A stretch of 64,000 nucleotides of DNA from an uncultured Gammaproteobacteria bacterium (lineage in GTDB: Bacteria > Patescibacteriota > Patescibacteriia > Magasanikbacterales > JBBTXJ01). Below are positions 35,258 through 45,348 of this stretch, one piece after another. Where the stretch lies: assembly GCA_964636345.1 (NCBI GenBank), contig CAZWRL010000001.1, forward strand, positions 235 to 64,234, given 5' to 3'. The notes beneath the pieces are model-generated. The model had not been told where the DNA came from. It made no database searches and saw only the letters and a program-made list of their open reading frames with translations. The position numbers were made by a program, and so were the translations under genes. Each line of letters starts with the position of its first letter. Position 1 is the first letter of the stretch.

Positions 35258-36108
35258 CCCCGCACAATCTTTTCCGCCTCTTCCGGTTTTATTTCGTAGA
35301 AGTGTTCGGGTTTGGGGAAGGCGCCCGTGCGCACGTCTTCAACATACGCGCGGAGCGCGAGTGAAATGAGTTGTCCGGCTTCGCAATAACGCTTGACGAA
35401 TTTTGGTTTGAATTGTTCAAACAAGCCAATCATGTCATGGATGATGACGAGTTGACCATCTACGTGGTCACCAGCGCCAATGCCGTAGACGGGTATTCTT
35501 AATTTTCCAGCAATCATGCCTCCGGATTCCGCCGGCATCGCTTCCAACAGCAAGAAATGTGCGCCTGCTTCTTCCAAGGCAAGTGCATCTTCCAAAAGCG
35601 CATCATAACTTTCTTTGGTTTTTCCTTGTACGCGGTAGCCGCCAAATTGCGCCATGTTTTGCGGGGTCAAACCGAGATGTCCCATCACCACAAAACCAGC
35701 ATCAACCATGGCGCGCACGCGGGACGCAACGCGTCGGCCGCCTTCACATTTCACCGCGTCACAGCCCGCTTCTTGAATAAACCGTCCGGCGTTCCGAATG
35801 GCGGTTTCCTCAGACGGTTGATAGCTCATAAAAGGCATGTCGCCCACAATAAACGCGCCTTTGCCTGCGGCGCGCACCACGGCTTTTGAGTGGCTGATCA
35901 TTTCATCCATCGTGACCGGGATGGTGGTTTCATAGCCGAGTGTTGTCATACCGAGTGAATCGCCAACCAAAATCATGTCCACACCCGCGCGGTTCGCCAA
36001 AAGCGCGAGCGGATAATCATACGCGGTGATGTACACCACTTTTTCGCCCTTTTTCTTTTTATCCAGGAGGGTGAGAAGGTTTATTTTTTTGCGTTCTTCA
36101 GTAGACAT
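35254..36108 (-). CDS. panB: 3-methyl-2-oxobutanoate hydroxymethyltransferase (ketopantoate hydroxymethyltransferase)
   Basis: PanB signature YDYPLALLANRAGVDMILVGDSLGMTTLGYETTIPVTMDEMISHSKAV...GDMPFMSY. Confidence 0.75.
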   Translation of the reverse strand: MSTEERKKINLLTLLDKKKKGEKVVYITAYDYPLALLANRAGVDMILVGDSLGMTTLGYETTIPVTMDEMISHSKAVVRAAGKGAFIVGDMPFMSYQPSEETAIRNAGRFIQEAGCDAVKCEGGRRVASRVRAMVDAGFVVMGHLGLTPQNMAQFGGYRVQGKTKESYDALLEDALALEEAGAHFLLLEAMPAESGGMIAGKLRIPVYGIGAGDHVDGQLVIIHDMIGLFEQFKPKFVKRYCEAGQLISLALRAYVEDVRTGAFPKPEHFYEIKPEEAEKIVRG

Positions 36109-36112
36109 ATAG

Positions 36113-37972
36113 TTAGTTTATTTCAGACGACTTTTTCTCGCCGCGACCTTCCAGCGGTTCAATCAGCATGTTGGTATAAAACTCTTCGCGTGGCAAGAAC
36201 GGCGCCATGTCTTCCAAAGGTTTTGAAATATAGCGCCCGTCCGGCAGACGATCGGCAACGAGTTTTGGCACGAGTTTTTGACCGGAATCTAAAATGACAT
36301 CGCAGAGCACTGGGCCGTTCATGTGGAGTACGTTTTGGATGCCGGCGCGCATTTCATCGTGATTGGCGATGGTGATGCCCGGAATACCATACGCCGCGGC
36401 AACACGAATAAAGTCAGGCGTGCTATATCCGCGCCCCGTTGCCTCGTAACGCGAATCAAAATAAATTTCTTGGAATTGTTTGATAATGCCGTAGCCGTGA
36501 TTATTCAAAATAAACATTTTGATTGGCAGATCATGGAAGCGAACCGTTTGCAACTCTTGGATATTGAGTTGAAAACCACCATCGCCATCAATACAGATAA
36601 TGCGTTTCTTTTTGTCCGTGCCAAATGCCGCTCCTATCGCCGCCGGCAGTGCATAGCCCATGGGTGAATTGCCAAAGGTGGAAAAAAGTTGCTGGCCTTC
36701 TTTGACGTGAAATGCCTGCATGGTCCACGTCAGATTGCCGCCCTGGTCAGGAATAATAATGTCATCCGCGCCTAATTCTTGCGACAACGTTTCAATGAAC
36801 GCGTAGGAGTTTACGGTGCCTTGTTGCGCGTAATATTCAGGGAGGACGGTGGGGTAGCGCTGTTTTTGTGTGGCGCAATAGGTTTTCCATTCCGTAAGAT
36901 CCGGCACGCGGATTGCCGGAAGCGCGGCGTAGAGCGCCTGTATAAAATCTTTGGCATCCAGAAGAATGGGCACATCCGCTTTGACACGATGAGACAATAT
37001 GTCACCTTTGAACAATTCTTTTTCGTCGATATCAACAACGATTTTTTTTGCGCCGCGCGCAAACGTTTGTCCTTGCGCGCTCGTTTGGCGCGTATCTAAC
37101 CGCGAACCAATCGCCATCACCAGATCAGCGTTTTGCACGGCAAAATTCGCGGCGCGGTTTCCGTATACGCCGTACTGTTCAACGTAGAGCGGATGGTTGT
37201 GGGGGAGAATATCAATGCCGCTCCAGCTTGCAATCACCGGGATGCCGAGTGCGTCTATCAGCGCGCGAAATTCTTTGGTGGCGCGCGCGAGTTTAATGCC
37301 GCCGCCCGCGATGATGACCGGACGACGCGATTGATTGATCAGCGTCACCACTTCTTGTATTTTTTTTTCAAGCGCATCCGGCGGCGTCAGCACGAGCGGT
37401 TCCGGCGTGTAACCAACCAGGGTGTCGGGATCAATGTCCGCGTGTTGAATGTTGAGTGAAATATCCAAAAGAACCGGTCCGGGACGGCCGCTTTGCGCAA
37501 TAGAGAACGCCTGTTCCAGCACGGCGCGGATTTTTTCCGGCTCCGTAATTTGGTATGCCCATTTGGTGATGGGTTTTGCGATATCCACAATTTCCGTTTC
37601 CTGAAAGCCAAGTTGCCGAACGCCGCTCGTCCCTTTGGTTTCGTGCATATTCACTTGTCCGCACAAGAAAATGCAGGGGATGGAATCAAACCACGCGCAG
37701 CAGATGCCGGTGATGAGATTGGTGGCTCCCGGGCCGCTGGTCACCACGGCCGCGCCCGGTACGCCGGTTACGCGCGCGTACGCCTCGGCCGCCATGGCGC
37801 CGGCCTGTTCGTGATTGACGCAGACGTAATCAATGTCGCGCGTCTTGCGTACCGTGCCGATGGAATCAACAATATGGGCGCATGCGCCGCCCGTGATGAG
37901 GAAGATTTTTTTTATGCCGCGATCGGCCAAAAAGTGAATGAGATAATCGGACAATTTCATACCTTCACACAC
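36113..37972 (-). CDS. Thiamine-diphosphate-dependent enzyme of the acetolactate-synthase large-subunit family; possible YerE-like sugar-branching enzyme
   Basis: TPP motif IDGDGGFQLNIQELQTV...NNHGYG; N-terminal Pyr domain; ~620 aa. Overlaps the adjacent sugar 3-dehydratase gene by 16 nt. Confidence 0.7.
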   Translation of the reverse strand: MCEGMKLSDYLIHFLADRGIKKIFLITGGACAHIVDSIGTVRKTRDIDYVCVNHEQAGAMAAEAYARVTGVPGAAVVTSGPGATNLITGICCAWFDSIPCIFLCGQVNMHETKGTSGVRQLGFQETEIVDIAKPITKWAYQITEPEKIRAVLEQAFSIAQSGRPGPVLLDISLNIQHADIDPDTLVGYTPEPLVLTPPDALEKKIQEVVTLINQSRRPVIIAGGGIKLARATKEFRALIDALGIPVIASWSGIDILPHNHPLYVEQYGVYGNRAANFAVQNADLVMAIGSRLDTRQTSAQGQTFARGAKKIVVDIDEKELFKGDILSHRVKADVPILLDAKDFIQALYAALPAIRVPDLTEWKTYCATQKQRYPTVLPEYYAQQGTVNSYAFIETLSQELGADDIIIPDQGGNLTWTMQAFHVKEGQQLFSTFGNSPMGYALPAAIGAAFGTDKKKRIICIDGDGGFQLNIQELQTVRFHDLPIKMFILNNHGYGIIKQFQEIYFDSRYEATGRGYSTPDFIRVAAAYGIPGITIANHDEMRAGIQNVLHMNGPVLCDVILDSGQKLVPKLVADRLPDGRYISKPLEDMAPFLPREEFYTNMLIEPLEGRGEKKSSEIN

Positions 37973-39180
37973 TGTTCAAGATATTGTTTGATGACGTTTA
38001 ATTCGTAGTCAACCATTTCCTCGGTCAGGCCGTGATTGCATCCGATAATGAAGGTGCGGCGCATAATGGTGTTCGCCCCCGTTAATTCTCCGTGTACGCG
38101 GCAGGCGAGATTTTTATAGGGTTCATGATAAAGAATATTGCCGGTAAAGAGCAGGCGCGTCTGGATGCGATTTTTTTCAAGATACGTTAAGAGATGCCGG
38201 CGCCCAATGGGTGAACTTTCACGAATGGTCACGGGGAAAGCAAGCCAGTACACCGTGGCCTTGGGATGCGACGTTGGCATGATAAAGTGTTCCGGATATT
38301 GCGAGAGGAAGTGGAATATCTTATTGAAATTCCGCATGCGAATGGTGTTGAAATAGGAAAGTTTTTTCAACTGCACCAGTCCAAACGCCGCCTGCATTTC
38401 AACTGGCTTGAAGTTATAGCCGATTTTGACGTGATAGAACTTACCGTCGTAGTCCGTGTCGTCTAATTTGAAATTGAAACGCTGTTCAATGTCTTCATCG
38501 TAGTTTTCTGGCAGGGCGCGTCCCCAGTCGCGGTAGACTTTTGCCGTGCGAATGAGATCAGGATTATTCACCATCACCATGCCGCCACCGCCACCGGCCG
38601 TCATGTTGTGCGAGGCATAGAAACTGGTGGTGGTAATATCTGACCACAGCCCCGGCGGTTTACCGTCATATAAACTGCCGTGCGTGTCGCATGAGTCCTC
38701 AATAAAGAGGAGGCCATATTTGTCACAGAGCGCGCGAATGCGTTCCATGTCATTCATGTTGCCGAGCGCGTGCGAGATAAAAATGGCTTTGGTTTTTGGC
38801 GAGATTGCGGCCTCCAGTTGATCAACGTCAATGTTGTAATTGCCTGGTTTTGAGTCAACAAAAACCGGCGTGTGTCCCTTTACGATAATCGGATTTAATG
38901 TGGCGGGGAAGGTGCAGGCCTGGGTGATAACCTCACAATCGCGCGGGAGGTTCGCAATTTCCATGGCAATTTGATTGGCCGAGGATCCGGAATTAACAAA
39001 AAGGCCGTATTGCTTGCCGAAGAGCGCGGCGATTTTATTTTCAAATTCTTCAGTGAGGCGGCCGGGACCCAGCCAGCCATCTTTCAAGCAGGCCACAACG
39101 GCGTCAATTTCTTCTTGATCAAAGACCGCTTTGGCGTAGAGGACGCGATCGCGACCCGGGACAAACTCCGTAGGGTTCAT
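37957..39180 (-). CDS. DegT/DnrJ/EryC1-family sugar 3-dehydratase (ColD/E1-like; His in place of the PLP lysine)
   Basis: Aminotransferase fold class (FVNSGSSANQIAME) with SFYASHNMTAGGGG, where His occupies the Schiff-base Lys position, the hallmark of 3-dehydratases. Confidence 0.6.
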   Translation of the reverse strand: MNPTEFVPGRDRVLYAKAVFDQEEIDAVVACLKDGWLGPGRLTEEFENKIAALFGKQYGLFVNSGSSANQIAMEIANLPRDCEVITQACTFPATLNPIIVKGHTPVFVDSKPGNYNIDVDQLEAAISPKTKAIFISHALGNMNDMERIRALCDKYGLLFIEDSCDTHGSLYDGKPPGLWSDITTTSFYASHNMTAGGGGGMVMVNNPDLIRTAKVYRDWGRALPENYDEDIEQRFNFKLDDTDYDGKFYHVKIGYNFKPVEMQAAFGLVQLKKLSYFNTIRMRNFNKIFHFLSQYPEHFIMPTSHPKATVYWLAFPVTIRESSPIGRRHLLTYLEKNRIQTRLLFTGNILYHEPYKNLACRVHGELTGANTIMRRTFIIGCNHGLTEEMVDYELNVIKQYLEQCVKV

Positions 39181-39186
39181 AGGAAT

Positions 39187-40134
39187 TTATAATTTGTTTT
39201 TATGATCGTTAATAATATCACGAACGACAAAGTGGGGGCGCTGTTTGACCTCTTGATAAATCCGGCCAATGTATTCGCCAATGATGGAAAGACACAAGAG
39301 TTGAATGGCGCCCAAAAAGAGCACCGAGACGAGCAGGGTCAAAAATCCTGGGGGCGCCTGCCGGTAGGTATACGCAAGCGCGATATAAAAAATAATGCCG
39401 ATTGCGGAGAGGAGGGTGACCGCGGCGGCAAGATAGCTAATCCATTCAAGCGGTTGTGACGAAAACGCAAAGATCATTTTTTTGGCCCATCGCACGTTGT
39501 CCATGAAGGTCAGATTGGTTTGTCCGGAAAATCGTTCGGCGCGGGTGTAAGGGATGCCGGTGCTCTTTAATCCTGTCCAAGCGCGGAGACCCCGGATAAA
39601 TCGGTTTGCTTCCGGTAACGTACTAATAAGATCAATCGCGCGACGATCCATGAGTCCAAATTCACTGGCGTCAAGCGGCATAGGCACATCAGCCACTTTT
39701 TTGAAAAGACGATAGAATGTTTTATAACCGATGCGGCGAATGACGCTGCCGCGGCGTCGCGCGCGGATGCCATACACGATGTGGTATCCTTCCAGCCATT
39801 TTTTTACGAATTCCGGAAAGAGTTCGGGCGGGTCTTGGATGTCGCCATCTAAGAGAATAGCCGCGTCTCCGGTGCAATAGGTGAGGCCGCTCGTGTAGGC
39901 ACTCTGAACACCAAAATTGCGCGTGTGGTTGATAACCGTGAGGCGGTTATCTTGGGCGGCAATTTCACGCAGGATTTCTTCAGCGCCGTCAGGACTGTTC
40001 TCATTCACGTACACTATTTCGTAGTTGGGCGTGATATTCGTCATCACGTCGGTCACGCGCCGGTGCATTTCTCGCACGCTGCCGCCGTCGTTATAGCAAA
40101 TGACGATAACAGAGAGTTTTTTGTCTGTCAGCAT
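39187..40134 (-). CDS. GT2 polyprenol-phosphate glycosyltransferase (DPM1/GtrB/ArnC-like) with C-terminal TM helices
   Basis: LSVIVICYND..., DGDIQDPPE (DxD), two C-terminal TMs. Confidence 0.7.
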   Translation of the reverse strand: MLTDKKLSVIVICYNDGGSVREMHRRVTDVMTNITPNYEIVYVNENSPDGAEEILREIAAQDNRLTVINHTRNFGVQSAYTSGLTYCTGDAAILLDGDIQDPPELFPEFVKKWLEGYHIVYGIRARRRGSVIRRIGYKTFYRLFKKVADVPMPLDASEFGLMDRRAIDLISTLPEANRFIRGLRAWTGLKSTGIPYTRAERFSGQTNLTFMDNVRWAKKMIFAFSSQPLEWISYLAAAVTLLSAIGIIFYIALAYTYRQAPPGFLTLLVSVLFLGAIQLLCLSIIGEYIGRIYQEVKQRPHFVVRDIINDHKNKL

Positions 40135-40232
40135 AGGGTTTTGACTGGATAATCACTCTAGCATAAGGGTTCCCCGGACACAAGAGCGGCTTGGTGGTTG
40201 ATTTTTTACAGATACCTGGGTATGCTCCTCAT

Positions 40233-40964
40233 ATGAAGGTTTTAATTACGGGCGTCTCATCGGGGATAGGACGAGCGCTTACGATACAATTGATTGAGCA
40301 AGGGCACGAGGTATGGGGTGTGGCGCGCCGGGCTGATATGTTGGCTGAATTAACGAGCACGGTAGTGAGCCCACGCTTGCATGTTGCTCCGTGCGATGTG
40401 AAGGATGCCGCGCACGTCACTGCCGTGGCGGCTGAAATGCGCACGGCTGGCTTTATACCGGATGTGGTTGTGCTGAATGCCGGTGTTTTTATCTCGGATA
40501 TTCACGGTGGGTTTCATTTTGATGCCCATCAAGAGTCATTTGATATTAATTTGAACGGCGCCCTCAGGTGGGTGGCTGAATTCTTGCCGGATTTTTTGGC
40601 GCGCGGTGCTGGTACGTTTATTGCTGTTTCTTCAACCGCTGCTTTTCGTCCAAGTGGCAGCGCTTCCTATTCGGGAAGTAAGGCCGCGCTTTCTATGGCG
40701 TTCCGTCAGTTTGCCATGAGTTTTGCTGATACGGGAATCACGTTTTCAACGGTTCATTTTGGACCCATTGATACGCGGCTCTGGCCGGGCAGGCGATTTT
40801 TTTTGGTGCCATCGTCCGGGCGCGCTGCCGCGTATGTGGCGCGGATGTTTGACCGGCCGAGCGGCTCGTACTTTTTTCCGTCCATTACGACGACGCTTTT
40901 GCGATTGTCGTTTTTTGTGCCGGATCGCGTCTTCAGATTTTTCGCGCGTTATTTGCGTCCATGA
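40233..40964 (+). CDS. Short-chain dehydrogenase/reductase (SDR)
   Basis: TGVSSGIGRAL Rossmann motif and YSGSKAAL catalytic Y-x3-K. Alternative start 40191. Confidence 0.6.
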   Translation: MKVLITGVSSGIGRALTIQLIEQGHEVWGVARRADMLAELTSTVVSPRLHVAPCDVKDAAHVTAVAAEMRTAGFIPDVVVLNAGVFISDIHGGFHFDAHQESFDINLNGALRWVAEFLPDFLARGAGTFIAVSSTAAFRPSGSASYSGSKAALSMAFRQFAMSFADTGITFSTVHFGPIDTRLWPGRRFFLVPSSGRAAAYVARMFDRPSGSYFFPSITTTLLRLSFFVPDRVFRFFARYLRP

Positions 40965-41683
40965 GTACATTGAATACATTTAGTGTTCACCTATCCGTGG
41001 TCATTCCGGCACATAACGAGGCGGAGAATTTGCGCGTGTTACTTCCGGAGTTGGACAATGCGCTCCAGCATATCTCCGCGGAAATGGTGGTGGTGAATAA
41101 CGCCTCAACCGACGCGACCGCGCGGATGCTCGCGGGGTTGCAGCGCGAGCTGCCGCGTCTTATGGTTGTTGAAGAACCAACACGTGGGTACGGCCGGGCG
41201 GTGCTGGCGGGGTTACGCCAGGTGCGCGGGGAAACCATTGCCATCATTCGGGGTGACGGCCAAGAGAAACCAATAGATGTTGCGCGGATGTATGCCTTTC
41301 ATCGCGCAGAAGGGCACGATGTTTCAAAGGGCGTGCGGAGCACACGCGCGCATGACGGCCTGCGCCGCATTGCGGTCAGTTGGTTTTTTAACACGCTGTT
41401 TCGGCAGGTATTTGAGGTTCCGTTTCGCGATATCAACGCTGCGCCCAAGTTTTTTTCGCGTCGTTTTTATGAGCAGGCGCGACTTGAATCATTGGATTGG
41501 TTTTTAGACGCCGAGATTATGTTGAAGGCCGCGGCGCTTCATTGCAAAATAGGGGAAATGGGAATAGAATACCTCCCGCGTCGTTCGGGGAAATCAACGG
41601 TGCGCTTTCGGCATATCGTGGAGTTTGTGAGAAATATCGCGCAGTGGCGGGCGCGCAAAACACATGACGGATACTTTTTATAA
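40961..41683 (+). CDS. GT2 glycosyltransferase
   Basis: LSVVIPAHNEAENL...; GT-A fold features. Confidence 0.6.
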   Translation: MSTLNTFSVHLSVVIPAHNEAENLRVLLPELDNALQHISAEMVVVNNASTDATARMLAGLQRELPRLMVVEEPTRGYGRAVLAGLRQVRGETIAIIRGDGQEKPIDVARMYAFHRAEGHDVSKGVRSTRAHDGLRRIAVSWFFNTLFRQVFEVPFRDINAAPKFFSRRFYEQARLESLDWFLDAEIMLKAAALHCKIGEMGIEYLPRRSGKSTVRFRHIVEFVRNIAQWRARKTHDGYFL

Positions 41684-42635
41684 CAATAAACGCGTTCTGG
41701 TGACGGGTGGGGCTGGATTTATCGGGTCATTTTTGGTGTTGGGGCTTGTGCGCGCGGGCGCGCGCGTTACGGTGCTCACGCGTCCTGGCGGAAACACGTG
41801 GCGACTGGCGGATATGCGCAAGAGTATTGAGATTGTCCCCGTTGATTTATTGAACAAGTCAGAGACGCTTGCGCTCCTCACGTCAGTTAAACCAGAATTG
41901 ATCTTTAATGTGGCCTCGCTCGTGAATACCACACAAACCGTTGAAGTGTTGGAAGAGTTGCTCCTGCAAAATTTTAGCATCGCCAAAAATCTTTTTCGGG
42001 CGGCGGCGCAGGCGGGTATTCCCAAGGTGGTGCAGGTGGGCAGTATTGAAGAATATGGGCACGGCGAGGTGCCGTTTCTTGAAACCGCGCGCGAGGCGCC
42101 CATTTCACCGTATTCACTTGCCAAGGTGATGACCACGCATTGCGCGCTTTGGTTTCATCGCACAGGCGCACTCCGCGTTTCGGTGGTGCGACCCGCCGCC
42201 ACGTTTGGCCCCGCGCAGGGCTTTGGCATGTTAACGCCCAATCTTATCCGCGCGTGTCTTGAAAAGAAGGATTTTTTGATGAACCCGGGCGATCAAATTC
42301 GCGATCTTATTTTTGTTGAAGATGTGGCGCGCGGCATCATGGCCGCGGGAGAGCGCGCGGAAGCGGACGGAGAAATTCTTAATTTGGGCAGCGGACGATT
42401 GTATCGCGTGAAAGAAGTGGCGCTTTTGATCAATGAATTACTCGGGAACCCCATTACCATTCAGTTTGGCGCGTATCCCTATCGTCCGCTTGATACGATG
42501 CGTTTTTTTATGGATTCACATAAGTCCCATCAGCTTTTGGGCTGGCACGCGCGCACGGATTTGACGCTCGGTATGCAACACACGGTTGCGTGGTATCGTG
42601 CCCATTATCAGGAGATGCCTTATGGCCAAACGTAG
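41664..42635 (+). CDS. NAD-dependent epimerase/dehydratase (extended SDR)
   Basis: VLVTGGAGFIGSFLV; YSLAK catalytic motif. Confidence 0.7.
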   Translation: MTDTFYNNKRVLVTGGAGFIGSFLVLGLVRAGARVTVLTRPGGNTWRLADMRKSIEIVPVDLLNKSETLALLTSVKPELIFNVASLVNTTQTVEVLEELLLQNFSIAKNLFRAAAQAGIPKVVQVGSIEEYGHGEVPFLETAREAPISPYSLAKVMTTHCALWFHRTGALRVSVVRPAATFGPAQGFGMLTPNLIRACLEKKDFLMNPGDQIRDLIFVEDVARGIMAAGERAEADGEILNLGSGRLYRVKEVALLINELLGNPITIQFGAYPYRPLDTMRFFMDSHKSHQLLGWHARTDLTLGMQHTVAWYRAHYQEMPYGQT

Positions 42636-44529
42636 TATCTTTTTTCTTTTTTCTTTGTTTTTGGCATTTGAATATATTATTTTGGGTCCATTTTCGTATG
42701 TGCGGATTGGCGATAACATGGATATTTTTATTCCGCGCTTGGTATCACTGTGGCAGGGATTTTTTGTAGACGGATTTTCTTTTTGGGATGGGCGTTTTGC
42801 CGGCGGGATTGATCGTCTCGCGAATGACATGGTGTATCCCAACGTGGGCGGTCTCTTGTTTGGGATCCTGCCCGCATGGGTAGCGTATGGGTTGGTTATT
42901 ATTGGCGCGACATGGCTTGGCGGATGGTATACCTATCGGCTCTGCCGCGAACACCTTGGTTTAGGCGAGCGCGCGAGCACGGTTGCGGGGGTGCTGTGGT
43001 CTTATGCGCTTATCACCGCGGATGTTATTCCGTATTTGCTTGGATTCGGCGCGTTGCCGGTTGCGCTGTATTATCTGGAAGCGCTTGCGCGCGCAGGAAA
43101 ACCGTGGTGCGGCAGGGCGTTTCTTTTGGGCATTGCGTTTGCGTTTTTTTCATCCGTGCCTTTTACGTTGCCGTTTACCCTGGCAGCAAGCGCGCTCTGG
43201 TTTGTGGCGGTGCGGAAACACACCACACGTTCCGCTATTGCTCTTTTTTCTCTCTTTGCGCTTGGCGCAATTCTGCCGCACATTCCCGAGGTGGGGGCGC
43301 TTGCGGTGAATGCGCCGCTTTCCAATCGCGGCGGCGATTTTTATAACGCGCCGTGGTCATACGGACTTTCCACTATTATCTATCTTTCGCGTTCCTATTG
43401 GTTTGTGATCGCGCTTGCCGCGGCTGGTTTTCTGGTGCGCAGTAAAGAACGCGCGTTTCGCGGCGCGTTTTTGCTTGGCGCGCTTTTTCTTGTAGTGGCG
43501 CCGTGGTATCAGCCGTTTGCCACGCGGTTCGGTCAGTATTTTCTGCTCGTCAAAGATTTTGGTTTTGACCGTTTTTACTTTCTCGCGCCGTTCTTTTTTG
43601 CCATTGCCGGCGGTTTCACGTTGCATCATCTCACGGGCACGGTGCGCGTGCGACAGCGGGAATATGAAAAGAGCGTGATCGCGATTGCCGCGCTTGCCGT
43701 GGCGCTGGTAGGGGCGCTGGGAATGCAAAAAGTCGCGCATGCGCGGGTGTGGCTGCGCGAGGGAAGTTTTTACGCGGCAACCCACAGTCCGGCCATTGAA
43801 AAAATTCGTGAACTCAACATGCAAGAACCGTTTCGCGTGGCTACTATTGCGGATGAACGCACTGGGCTCCGTCCCACACTCGCCAACATGAATGGTTGGG
43901 AAACCATTGATGGGGATATTAACATCGCGTCGCGGCGGTATGTGGAGTTTTTTAAAGCCTTGACGCAGAATCCGGCGGTTGAACCAAAACATAGTTTTTA
44001 TCTGTTGTGGCAGGCGGGCGATGAGGAGCGTGCGCAGGCGGCGAGTGACGCGAGCGCGCTTTTGGATCCCGCGTTGCTTTCACTGGCGAATGTGCGTTTT
44101 CTTTTGTCGCCGTTTCCGGTCTTTCTCACTGGTTTTCAGTTACTTCACGCGCCGGCTGTGGCGGCGGACGCGCCATCGTTTAAGGAGGCATGGAAGATAA
44201 ATACGCGCGGCAGGGATCTCTATCTGTATGAAAATAGTGCTGTGTTTTCGCGCGCGTTTTTGGTTGATGACGCAGAAAAAATTCCTGATGTAAAAAAAGT
44301 GCATCGCGCTGAAATTATTTTTTACACTCATGATAAAATTGAAATGACCACCGCGAGCAGTACGCCAGGAGTTTTGGTGTTAACCAATAACTATAATCCG
44401 GGATGGCACGTGCTGGTGGATGGCGAGGAGAAAAAAATAATGCCGGTATATACGACATTTATGGGAATATCGCTTGAAGGCGGAAATCATACCGTAGTGT
44501 GGAAATATACTCCGGAATCAAGCAAATAA
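42622..44529 (+). CDS. Large polytopic membrane protein, possible YfhO/GT-C-like glycosyltransferase
   Basis: At least 12 TM helices then a ~200-aa soluble C-terminal domain. SD aggag before the ATG; start overlaps the upstream gene. Confidence 0.4.
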   Translation: MAKRSIFFLFSLFLAFEYIILGPFSYVRIGDNMDIFIPRLVSLWQGFFVDGFSFWDGRFAGGIDRLANDMVYPNVGGLLFGILPAWVAYGLVIIGATWLGGWYTYRLCREHLGLGERASTVAGVLWSYALITADVIPYLLGFGALPVALYYLEALARAGKPWCGRAFLLGIAFAFFSSVPFTLPFTLAASALWFVAVRKHTTRSAIALFSLFALGAILPHIPEVGALAVNAPLSNRGGDFYNAPWSYGLSTIIYLSRSYWFVIALAAAGFLVRSKERAFRGAFLLGALFLVVAPWYQPFATRFGQYFLLVKDFGFDRFYFLAPFFFAIAGGFTLHHLTGTVRVRQREYEKSVIAIAALAVALVGALGMQKVAHARVWLREGSFYAATHSPAIEKIRELNMQEPFRVATIADERTGLRPTLANMNGWETIDGDINIASRRYVEFFKALTQNPAVEPKHSFYLLWQAGDEERAQAASDASALLDPALLSLANVRFLLSPFPVFLTGFQLLHAPAVAADAPSFKEAWKINTRGRDLYLYENSAVFSRAFLVDDAEKIPDVKKVHRAEIIFYTHDKIEMTTASSTPGVLVLTNNYNPGWHVLVDGEEKKIMPVYTTFMGISLEGGNHTVVWKYTPESSK

Positions 44530-44532
44530 AAC

Positions 44533-45276
44533 ATGGAAAAAAAATTTATAAACAATATCTTGCGCCGGTTTGGATATGAAATTCAAAAATCAGGCGGCAA
44601 GGGTTCGCTTGCGGCCGTACTTTTGCGTGCGAAACAAAATGGTCTTGCGCCTGCAACGGTCATTGATGTTGGCGCGGCGTGGGGGAATTGGAGTCGCGAG
44701 AGCGCGCGAGTATTTCCCGATGCGCGGTATGTGCTTGTTGAGCCGCTGGTGGAATATCGCGCATCGCTTGAGCAGGTGGCCAAAGAATTACCGGGCGCGG
44801 TTTTGGTGCCATTGGTTGCGGCCTCGGCGCCGGGAACCATGACGTTTCACGTGCATCCTGATCTTGAAGGATCGTCGGTGTATCGCGAAGGCGATGATCC
44901 GCAGATCAATGGCGTGCCGCGCGAGCTTCCAGCCACTACGCTTGATGCCATCGCCTATGAGCATCACGTTGAAGGGCCGTGTCTTTTGAAACTTGATGTG
45001 CAAGGCGCGGAACTTGAGGTGCTTCGTGGTGCGGAAGAGACGTTAAAAAATACCGAGTACGCGATACTTGAAACCTCGCTCTTTGCATCCTATGACAATG
45101 TGCCGCTTTTGCACGAGGTGATTGCGTTTATGGCCGGGCGCGGTTTTGTTCCGTACGATATTTTAGGATTGCTCTACCGTCCGCTTGATGGCGCGCTGTG
45201 CCAGACAGATGTATGTTTTGTGAAGGAAAATGGCATGTTCCGCCGCGAGCGGGCATACCGACACCACGGGGATTGA
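44533..45276 (+). CDS. FkbM-family methyltransferase
   Basis: VIDVGAAWGNW...LKLDVQGAELEVL FkbM signature. Confidence 0.6.
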   Translation: MEKKFINNILRRFGYEIQKSGGKGSLAAVLLRAKQNGLAPATVIDVGAAWGNWSRESARVFPDARYVLVEPLVEYRASLEQVAKELPGAVLVPLVAASAPGTMTFHVHPDLEGSSVYREGDDPQINGVPRELPATTLDAIAYEHHVEGPCLLKLDVQGAELEVLRGAEETLKNTEYAILETSLFASYDNVPLLHEVIAFMAGRGFVPYDILGLLYRPLDGALCQTDVCFVKENGMFRRERAYRHHGD

Positions 45277-45348
45277 TTTTTTTTGGCTTTGTTGCTACCA
45301 TATAACCCATACGGTCTATTTTTATTTTTCCTCTCAATCTTGCGAAAT

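Noticed and set aside
43357-44331. Basic, Arg-rich ORFs (43357..43992 -, 43979..44200 +, 42876..43346 +) inside the YfhO-like gene
   Set aside because: Off-frame or antisense products of a membrane-protein gene; highly basic low-complexity translations.
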